Positions 50,252 through 60,558 of a stretch of DNA of 64,000 bases are shown in pieces. Numbering within the stretch: position 1 is the stretch's first letter; every line of letters starts with the position of its first letter. The notes beneath the pieces were generated by a model, which was not told where the DNA came from, searched no databases, and was given only the letters and a program-made list of their open reading frames with translations. The translations under genes and the position numbers were made by a program. This DNA comes from Vermamoeba vermiformis (Eukaryota), in contig JBEWZL010000209.1 in the NCBI GenBank assembly GCA_045837725.1, positions 186,001-250,000 on the forward strand, in the 5' to 3' direction.

Positions 50252-53251
50252 TCACTGCTCTTTTTTCTTCCAAGTGACATCAATATCCTCGCTGCCCATC
50301 AAACGAATGTAGCTCGGATAAGGTTCGATCTGGATGTCCATCTCGTCCGTTATTCTTTGGATCTCCAACAACAGCTACGCATCGAATACCGTTAGTCCAT
50401 ATAAAAGACCTCATATTAACTACGTACATCGTTCTTGACTTTTCTCCAGCGAGTGTAATCTTGCCACTTCCAATCTTTCTTTAATCGTACTCGCAGTATG
50501 ACGTTCAAATATTGACCTTCGTCTTCGATCGAGTTCACGTGCATGATATACTTAGGTGACCATATCTATTCGAAGAGGATATTGTTAATATGCGAGTCAA
50601 TGTACGCCAGCCCGGATCCGATCAGATCAAGATTGCTTTAATATTTTAACTTTACCTTAGAGTTCTTCAAGTAATCTCCGATCTGCTTGTTCAATGTGTA
50701 AACTTCCTTAGAACTCGTGTCCCAGTTGAGGCCGAACTAAATTTAGCAGATCAGCAACAAGGTAACGAGTAATTAAACCGCGTTTAATGTTAATTTCCGG
50801 AATATAAATCATTGCAAATATGTTATTAGAGTATTATTTACCTGTACTTCGAAGCTAATCTTGCCACCACGGTTCAAATTGGCTAATTTTGCGTGGCTCA
50901 ATGCTGCATTACGCATAAACACGCCATAGCCATCTAAACATGATTATCAGTATATATTCATTATATATAATGATGGGCACGTGTTATGATTGCTTACCGA
51001 ATGCGTGGAAGTACGTGGACAAAACTCCGACTCGCTCAACCACCAAAATGTCACAACCGTCTGTACTCACAGTCAATTAGCTACCTAATTTAATATCGCA
51101 ATATCAATACTACTTACCAACGGTAACAAAGTCGCCGACATTAAACGGTTGCACTGAAAAACCTAGGTTAGTACGAGGACCAAAAAGTTGCGGATCTACC
51201 ACATCCAGTACTTACTGAAAAATATCATATAAAGCGAATCAAACACTTCTTGTAATGTTGCACCATATCCAAAACTAATTCACTATTAGAATAGCTCTAC
51301 ATGGCAAAATAGGTATATAAAAGGTGTACCTGAGAGCTACGAGAGCAGTGCCTATTGACAACAATACAGAGCTCCAATCGACTTCAAAATTGAACAAACA
51401 AACAAAGAACACGATCAGCACGAAGAAGAAATTGAGCAACGAGCGTGATATGTCCAACAGCCTGAATGCACGGAGGTAAGCAAATGTCACGCACTAACAT
51501 AACGACACTATTGCTTTGTGCTTGAATATTGAACTTACAATCTTCGGCCCTTCATCTTGTTTTGCAATTCTTTGCGCTCTTTGAAGATGTGCTTTGTGCC
51601 TTTAGTAAGATCCTCCTTGCACAATCTGCCGTCACCATCCTGATACCGGCATTGTTAGTGCGCCGTTGAAATTTATCCTAGGACTAATACGTACTCGGTC
51701 AAAGAAGGTCATTACTTCGCCAATGTCAGTCACATCCAGTGAGTTAAGCAGATCTGTCTCCAAAAGGTAGCCTCGTTCTTGTTCGTCAAAACTGCTCAAA
51801 ATCTGCATAAAATTGTTATTAAACCAGTTGAGTATACTAATTTATAATATAAACACGACGTACTTGGTCAGCGATCTGTCGACAAGCCTCGTCAAGTGAG
51901 TTTTTGTCGATCAGCTTGGTAACTTTTCTGAGTGATTTTGACTTGAAATCTTTGACGACGTTTCCTCGGTCAGGCAATAGTTTCTAAATAAGGCAACAAT
52001 GTCAATATTCATCAACTTGCGCCACGCAATGAAAAATTTCTTGCAGAGGTGATTGCCTTCGAACAGCTCGAAACTTACTTGTGGATTCCATTGAATGCTG
52101 CTTCTACTCTCCAAGTGCGACCGTTCAATATAAATCATGAGTTGTTCGTGCATAATCGAGTCGCGAATTCTTCCGTCCAAGTCCTCGTACAAGAAGCCTT
52201 CGATCATTTCAATAATACCCGTACGAATGCCGTATAATATTGAAATTACAAATATAGACCTAAGTACTTCATTAATAACAATAATTATATTAATTTGAAT
52301 GAGTGTACGTACCAACAAGCTCCCCATATGAAATTATCAATGGGACCGTTGTCGACTAACCCCACAAGAATGTGCGGGTATACCGACAAAATAAGGATTG
52401 CTATATTATAATATTAAAACATTAGTATTAGTAATTTACTAGAATTTTTAATTTTTCTCGGGACCAGATCTCGAGTGATTTCTCTCTCAGCCAATACTTA
52501 CACCATATCAAAAAGTGCACGCAATGTTCATATGGCGCCAAGTACTGATAAACAGGCCAACATCCAATGCACGAGAATGCAATCTTCTTCAGCAGCATGA
52601 AGAACAAGCGGAACACTATGAACAGAATGACGAAGCTGATTGCAATGATGTCGACGAGCCATAACCAATTAATTAGCGGAATATCGACTATAGTCAGTGT
52701 AGGTAGCTGCATATAGAACCGTACAACTCTTATTGTAAGCACTAACATTAATAGAGTTAGTCGATCTGCTACGTAGTTTTAGAGAATAGCTCTTGATTAC
52801 GTACCGGTAACATTGGTTAAAATTAATAATACAACTATAGCAAATACAATACGAGGCAGCTTCTTTTTAGCGCGTTCTCGATAATTAGGATCTTCTCGTT
52901 CTTCATCCTCTTTGTTTTCTAATAATCTCGATTCTTGTTCCCAATCATGATCAATAACATTATATTTTGGTGGACGCCATCTGCTCAAAAAAATTAGTTA
53001 CTGAACTTCGATCCAGATCAAAAATGAAGTTAAAATTATTGAGAAAATTCTGAACGCACACAATAAGAAAATATAGCCAACCAAAACCTATAATATTTAA
53101 TTACGCACCTTCTCCTTTTTTCTCTATTTACTTGGTTCTGTTTTCCGCCTGTAAACAGCTGTTCGATTGGATTCATTCCAGTACGTGCATTACTGCTTTG
53201 AAAAGCCTCGTATATAGGCCTTTGGTCGTCAGGAGTATTATTTATACTCAT
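50252..53251 (-). CDS. MscS-like mechanosensitive channel with EF-hand (fungal Msy / plant MSL type), multi-exon
   Basis: Multiple TM helices, EF-hand FFDRDGDGRLCKEDL, QPFNVGD, VERVGVLSTYF and LANLNRG. Confidence 0.88.
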
Positions 53252-53495
53252 CGCGGTGCATTTGTCGTCCGTGGTCTCGTATTGTTGATCGGCTCGAAAA
53301 TTTAGATTTTTTTTATTTAATAGTAGTCATGAGCTCTGATCACAACAAGGAAGGGCAAATGAAAACATAAGCCTCTAGTGTACCTATCACAGAATGATAA
53401 GCATTGCTTGGACAATTCTAATCTGGAATTTTCCTGATCTCAAGTGGCCAACATTGCCTCGGATTTATTTGCGTGTCTACTCGCTAATAAGCAAC

Positions 53496-55499
53496 ATGGA
53501 GGCTAGGAAAAAGTCCTCCAAAGGCAAGTCCTTCCTGATGGTGCCCGAAGGTAAATTTAATCCACTCGTAGCCAGTCCTAATTTAATTATTAGGGCAACT
53601 GATCACCGTAAAAAATCTACCGAACAAGCAGTCATATAATAAAGGCCAAAGCAATTATTGGTTCGATGGCCAGAAGAATATTTTTTATTTTCGAGAACAC
53701 GGACAAAAGAAAGAGAAATCAATTCAACTCTCATTCGACCAAGGAAAATACTCACATGAAGGAGTGTCGTCATCGAATATTTACGAGATTATTGTTCGCA
53801 CGAGCATATTTTCATCGTTGTTTGGCTCAACCAGCTCTGGCGATTGTCATGTTGCAGTGACCGAAGAATCGTTGAAACTTCCCTTTGAAGAACAGCCGTG
53901 GTTCATTGGTGCAGTCGACAAAGGCGAGCTCAAATCGATTGAACTAAGTAAGCTCCTAAAACTCGTTGTCTACGCATTATTCTGACGCTCTTTTTGCAGC
54001 GGAGACTCGCATGTTTTTTACACGGGCAAAAGGACCCAGAATGTATCTTCATTGGACCACGACAAAAAAGATGAAGACCCCGGGACGTCCAATACTTCTC
54101 GAGTCAAATGACCTGTCGTTAGTGCTTCCTCGTGACGAGTTCATGACTGCAATGTACAATGGCGGAACAATCAGACATCGTACTGAAGTGTTGTTTTGTC
54201 GCCGTATCATGGAGAACAACTTGGAAGTTGCTAAAAGCATATTCGCACAAGGTAAGACCACGAGATGAATATACTATGACGCTTAACTAACGCGTGTCAT
54301 CATTTTTGCGTGACAGGTGTCAATCTTGCTAGCCTCGTCCTGCGTGACCCAAACATCATTTCTTACTATATCGAGAACACTCCGCTCGAATCAATTAACG
54401 AGGAGTTGCTCATGTGGCTGCTTGAGAGTGGTGTGCCGGTGGATCGGTACAAACTTAACACAATTTTCTCGTAATTTAACTGACGACCGTTCGCAGGGAC
54501 GACAAAGAAATCATCAATGTTGCCGCATCAAAGTGCAGCGATATAGTGATTGAAGCATTGCTCGAGCACGGTGTCAAAATCACGCAGCAAATTGCACAAA
54601 GAGCGATTACGCGCAACATTCCACCGCACAGAATGCGAATTTACTTCGAGTCCCTAGTATCTGGGCCATATATTTCGATCTCTGATTACTTCAAAATGAT
54701 CAAAGACTGCAAAGACACCGATTACACCAACAGAGTATTGGTTACGCTTGCGTGGAGATATGGCAACGATGATAACTTGTTCAAACAGCTTCCTAAAGAG
54801 CTCGTGCAACACATCATAAGCTTTGGAGTCGACGATGAATACCCGTGGCTTGACTACGTGGACTCCCTTAACTTAGCTTACCTGACACATATCGATTATC
54901 ATTATCGAGTCCTCAGTCTCGGAGAGCTCATCAAGCTAGCTGTGATTGGGTGGCACTATTGGACTAAGCTTGATAGTAAATCAATCGACTTCATATTCCT
55001 GCGCCTCATCGACAACAAACAGAGCTACTACACCCAACCAAATTTCTACGAAAACTTGTCACCCTCGCAAATGAATCACCTTGTGTCGTGGTTAATCAAA
55101 TTATCAACGCGACAGCAGTTCGATCACCAAGTCTTTGTCAAATCGAGTTTGATGACGTACCTCCTCAACAACGAGAAGTCACTGCCAGTCGTTAAATCAC
55201 TCTTAGACGCACGCGTGATCAAGCGAGAGTGGTGGTTAGAGCCCGCAGACTTTGTCCATTGGCTACCATCCTCGCCAGTCCCGTTATCTTGGCACACGGT
55301 CAAACCTGTCCAGCCACACAAGTCACTAATACAGCTGTTGATACGCGAGAACTTGATGCCCGAGCAATGCACGCTGTACAATCGAGCTGTTGGCCTGAGT
55401 GCCTACCTCCGAAGAAATGGCAATACTGCAGAGGTACAAGCCGTAATCGACTTTATTGCAGAGTGTCGGAACAACTCGAACCACAAAGCATTAAATTAA
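53496..55499 (+). CDS. Hypothetical multi-exon protein, paralog A (ankyrin-like segment and F-box-like LPKEL motif)
   Basis: Clean spliced frame from ATG 53496; WLLESG/ALLEHG ankyrin-like helices; FKQLPKELVQHIISF. Clear paralog at 58132-60079. Confidence 0.7.
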
Positions 55500-55940
55500 T
55501 TATACTGCAAATATTTGCAATTCACGATCGAATAGTAAATATTTATTTATTTATTCAACTATTTACAATCACAAAGAGAATATTTGCATCTTACTAGCGA
55601 AATCACCGTTACTTATTGGTCATTGTATTTTTTATTTGTGGTTAAGTCGACAAAGTTCTCACGGCTGGGGTTGCCAGTACTTGAACAGTTCGGACATTGC
55701 TGCTGCAAAGTTCCGTTCGATTGACGCACACAACACGAGTTGGAATCTGTTCGCTAGCATCTCTTTGTTTGATGGATACGATGCCCAGACCGCGAAGAGA
55801 CTCTTTCAGCGATTGAAAGCCTTCGTCGCACAAATATTCAATTGTTCTGGGCGTAGTTTCGATCTGATAGCTGAAAGCATTTTGGTTTGGAGAATGATAA
55901 AAACCGGGTTTTTTTAGTTCGAACACTTTTATCAACTTTA
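55451..55940. repeat. Left arm of a ~490-bp diverged inverted repeat
   Basis: Reverse complement aligns with 57033-57523, e.g. aaaatgctttcagctatcagatcgaaactacg and ggcatcgtatccatcaaacaaagagatgc. Confidence 0.9.
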
Positions 55941-56007
55941 TTTTTTGCCGGTTTGCAATCGTCGCATATGAAGCTAGTAATAACAGCTAGCTAGTAACAG
56001 CGCTCGA

Positions 56008-56564
56008 TTAAACTTTACAACTATTATTGCCATAAGTTTGATCCTCTGCGCTAGTGTTCACAGTATTGTTGCCGATCCATCTCCACATTTTTTGGTCGTA
56101 ATAGTCAGTATTCCTGAAAACGTCCAAAAATAGTATACTAAGGATATTAACAACGCCTTGACAACCTAACCGCATTCCATACTGCCATTGCCAAGAGGAG
56201 GGAAGATAAACGAAAAGGATGAACAGATTCGTCAAGAGAAGATTTATGGTCCATATTTTATCCACAACTGAATTAAATTATGAATTAAAATATTAATTAA
56301 TATATAAATAATATCGATATGAAACGAAACACTACCTGCGTTTAGATATTCACGGTTAGGAATATAACCAATTACATCCGCTAGTAGCATAAGCAAGCAG
56401 CCTCCACAGGACATGCTCAGAATGGCATCCAAATAATATTGACCGGCGACATCCACATAAGAACCCCATAAATTCAAACCTAGCAGTACCAAGGACCCAA
56501 AAGAGAAAAATGTTTTGCTCACCCAACCGCCTTCGTGCAATAGACTGCTCCTTTGTGGTTCCAT
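56008..56564 (-). CDS. Small multi-pass membrane protein of unknown function, two exons
   Basis: MEPQRSSLL...YLNA, GT-AG intron (~56269-56336), then VDKIWTINLLL...CKV*. About four hydrophobic segments. Confidence 0.6.
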
Positions 56565-56735
56565 CGTTAAGAAGATTCTGATAATAATAAAGACAAGAGA
56601 CGAGATGTCCCATCGCCTTGAAATTTCCACACGACGTTTACACTTGAACTTATTTTATGGCACGTCTGTAATAAAAACTATTATTAATAATATTATTAAT
56701 AAAATTAATTAATTTATTTCATATCTTGTCTCCGC

Positions 56736-56881
56736 GATCTCAAGATCGACCTTAAAAAAAAATCAACAAAAATTCAATAATTAGTAAAAAAGGCCAATAA
56801 ATTACCCTCAACAATCCTACTACAAAACCAGCGTGTAGAGTAGTATAGTATTTATAACAAATGCTTGAGCAGTTTTTGGTT
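56736..56881 (+). repeat. Direct repeat copy 1 (copy 2 at 58022-58145)
   Basis: gatctcaagatcgacc...aaaaatcaacaaaaatt...aattacc...ctacaaaac...acaaatgcttgagca(g/a)tttttggtt is shared by both copies. Confidence 0.88.
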
Positions 56882-57032
56882 AGTCGCCGACAGCCAGAAG
56901 AATACATTACTTAGCAACGCACAATCTAAGCGCCACGCGAGCGGTGGCTAATTGTTCCAGGTTGCTAAATAATAAAGATCAATAATTTGCCAGCACTGCT
57001 TCCAAAAAGTTTGCGAAGGAAAGGTGGTCAAC

Positions 57033-57523
57033 TAAAGTTGATAAAACAAACGCTAAAAAACCCAATGTTTATTATTCTTCAAACAAAATGCTTTCAGCTA
57101 TCAGATCGAAACTACGCTCCAGAAAAATTGAATATTTGTCCGACGAAGGCTTTCGAGCTCTTGGAGAGTCTCTTCGCGGTCTAGGCATCGTATCCATCAA
57201 ACAAAGAGATGCAAACGGACATCTTTTGACTCTCGATGTCTCGGTGAGTCAATCTAGCAGCTTACACAAAAATGGAACTTCGCAGCAACCATCTCCAAAC
57301 TGTTCAAGTACTGGCAACGCCAGCCGTGAGTCAAACTTTGTCGACTCTTCCACATCCAATAATAAATAACTGCAATTTCGCTAAAAAAAAGAAAAAATAT
57401 TCTCTTTGTTGTAAGTGATGAAAATAGTCGAATAAATAACTAAATATTTTATTTGATAACAAATTGCAGCAATATTTGCAGTAAATTTAATTTATTTCAG
57501 TGCCTCGCAGTCGGCAATCAAAT
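57033..57523. repeat. Right arm of the inverted repeat; contains short ORF 57088-57369
   Basis: Partner of 55451-55940. The ORF MLSAIRSKL...IEYLSDEGFRALGESLRGLGIVSIKQRDA is intact here and frameshifted in the left arm. Confidence 0.88.
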
Positions 57524-58021
57524 TTTTACAGAACAGAAATGAAACTCCTCCAGTAATCATCGTGAGGAAACTGAGACAAGCCATTGTACCAGATTTCCGA
57601 GCACGTCTTTACCTCCGGAAAAACTCGATCCACAAGTTTACGAACATCTCTGCAGTTGTCGACGCAAAATATGCACACTAGATTAAATGCCATCGCACCG
57701 ACGAATCGGCTCTGCAACAAGTTCGCGGGCAGATCAAAGATCATTTGACAGCACAAATTGGACTTGCAATTCACGTCGGGACCCGTTCTTGAATTTCAGC
57801 AGATATACCCATGTACCTTACATATACAATTGTCGGGCCACGGCTGCAAGAGCGGTGCTCGCTTTGACGAAGAAAGAACAGATCAAAATTGCAATTAACA
57901 CAGAACCACACCCGAACATTGGATTTAATTTATACACTAGACTATTTAGATTTACGATATGTTTGTTAAATGGCAAATATTACAAAACAAAAGGCAAGCA
58001 TTGTAATCGCAGAAGGTAGTT

Positions 58022-58145
58022 GATCTCAAGATCGACCTCAAAAAAATCAACAAAAATTAACAATTATTAATATAGGTCAATTAATTACCGTCGACAAGCC
58101 TCCTACAAAACAAGCGTACAACAAATGCTTGAGCAATTTTTGGTT
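58022..58145 (+). repeat. Direct repeat copy 2, fused to the truncated 5' end of paralog B
   Basis: Matches 56736-56881 and runs into agcaatttttggttcgatggcc, where identity with paralog A begins. Confidence 0.85.
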
Positions 58146-60079
58146 CGATGGCCAGAAGAATATTTTTTATTTTCGAGAACACGGACAAAAGAAAGAGAAA
58201 TCAATTCAACTCTCATTCGAACAAGGAAAATACTCACATGAAGGAGTGTCATCATCGAATATTTACGAGATTATTGTTCGCACGAGCATATTTTCATCGT
58301 TGTTTGGCTCAACCAGCTCTGCTGATTGTCATGTTGCAGTGACAGAAGAATCGCTGAAACTTCCCTTTGAAGAACAACCGTGGTTCATTGGTGCAGTCGA
58401 CAAAGGAGAACTCAAGCTGTTAGAACAAGGTACGCAGATCCGAAGCGCGATCGAAGCTAGATCCGTTTTGCAACAGACTAACACAATAATTTTGATTATT
58501 ATATAGTATAAATACTACCGCGATTTATCTTTATAGCTAATTTGTTTATTTATGAATTTCTAATAAACTTTTTATCAGCGGAGACACGCATGTTTTTCAC
58601 TCGTGCCAAGGGACCCAAAGTGTATTTACATTGGACCACTACTAAGCGCATGAAGAACCCAGAACGACCAATACTTCTCCAGTCAAATGATCTGTCGTTG
58701 GTGCTTCCTCGCGGAGAATTCATGACCGCAAAGTACAACGGTGGCGCGGTGAATTATCTCAACGAGTTTTTGTTCTATCGATGCGCCGCTGCAAATGACC
58801 TCGCTGGCTTGAAAAGAATTGTCGCTGAGAAAGGTAAGACAGCATAAAATTTTTTGACACGTGTCAACTAAAGTGTCACTCGCAATTGTAGGTGTCAATC
58901 TTGCCAGTCCAATTCTGCACGATCCAAACGTTATATCGTACTATATTAAGAATATACCAAAAGAAGACATCAACGAAGAATTAATTCTATGGTTACTCGA
59001 GCAAGGCCTGTCCATTGACAAGTACGATCCTGGTCCGAACCTCCCTTTTAGTATTAACATTTGAACTATATAGGAGCGACAAAGAGCTCATTCAATTGGC
59101 TATTTCAAAGTGCAGCGAAGTTATCGTCGAATCGTTGTTACAACGAGGGGCCTATTGTTCCGAGTCTATTGCAGCAGATGCGACGAAACGAAATCTCCCA
59201 GTCGATCGATTGAAAGTCTATTGGACGGCCTATTGCAATCAGAAACCGACATTAAGAGATTTCATGGACATTATTCAATATTACAAACAAGACATGCATC
59301 AGAAACAAGTCTTGATCATGTTGGCTTGGCAGCACGGCAACGCGGACAATTATTTCAAATTACTCCCGAAAGAGCTCGTCAAATACATCATTAGCTTTGA
59401 TCTCGGGGAATTAGAAGCGGAACAACCTTGGTTCGAGTTAGCGTTTGAAACGTACAACGGAAAATTTACAGAAATTCCGATGTACAGCGCGGATCCAGTT
59501 TTGCTCAAGTTACTGTCGTTTATATGGAGATATTGGGACGAGGCTACAACAACTTTGAAAGACTTTTTGATTCAAATTATCATCGATCAAGACTATTTTC
59601 ATAACGCGAAGACTGACGTTATGATTTGGATGCATTGGCTGGGCAAATATATTCAACGACGAGATAATTACAATGAATTCGCAGAAAAAATTCTTCGCTC
59701 TAAATTATTCGAGTTCATTTACAGCAGTCCGGATCTGACCTTGATCAAGCACTTGTTGGCAACTGGAATCTTAAAAAAAGATTGGCACACTATAGCAAAA
59801 CGAACGAAGTACAATTCATATGCACTAGTTTGGCGAGCATTTGATTACTCCAACAAAGAGCTGATCGAATTTTTATTCCGAGAAAAAATGATGCCGCTAG
59901 AAGTTAAAAACAAGACGCTAGACACGTACTTGACAGGCCACACAAAAGTTATAATCAATTTCTTTCACGAGATGATTATCAAATATAATTTTGGCGAAGA
60001 ATTTGAAAGAATACGAGCTCGGACTCCCCAGCAGCAAGTTGAGGCCGAGGAGGCGGATCCCATAGAACTTTTTCTCTGA
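58132..60079 (+). CDS. Paralog B of the 53496-55499 gene, 5'-truncated (lacks exon 1 and its ATG)
   Basis: Near-identical to paralog A over 58132-~58420, same intron positions, FKLLPKELVKYIISF motif, open last exon. The first in-frame exonic ATG is at ~58590. Confidence 0.6.
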
Positions 60080-60128
60080 ATTGATGATCAGACTACTATC
60101 AAAAACAAGCTTGTTTATTATGGTACAA

Positions 60129-60520
60129 TTAAATACTTGCAATCTTTCCGCTGACGACGTTCAACGTATCGATACATTGTTGAATGTCAGGCCTTTCTTT
60201 CGGATCCGTTCTGCAGCACGAGGTGATAAGCTTGCGCAACACCAAGTCTTCGATCCCCTCTTCAATTCTAGCGACTCTCCTGCCTTCTTCGAACACTGGC
60301 ATGCGCTTACGTGTGAGCATTTCGTACAGCACGATGCCGAACCTAAAGAGAACTCATTAGCCCGCGCCTAACACACAACGAATAAATGTCAACTTTCTCG
60401 TTGTATGGATCTGTTCAAGGGAATTTAAGATCTGGATGTCATTTTATTTCTAATTGAATAGATAATACATAGCAAGTACACCGCAAGGTTGCCACAAAAC
60501 GGTGTCATCAAAGTATACAC
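60129..60520 (-). pseudogene. Orphan 3' fragment of a Ser/Thr or TKL protein kinase (subdomains ~VIII-XI)
   Basis: PYNEKVDIYS|FGIVLYEMLT...LITSCCRTDPKERP. There is no room for an N-lobe before the OGDH stop at 60559. Confidence 0.75.
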
Positions 60521-60558
60521 ATTGCGTAGCCTTATTGATCTCTGAACAGGCTGGTTAT

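Noticed and set aside
57526-58019. ORFs 57526-57774 (-) and 57687-58019 (+) as genes
   Set aside because: No recognisable domain or clear ATG and splice structure. Probably decayed sequence within the rearranged region.
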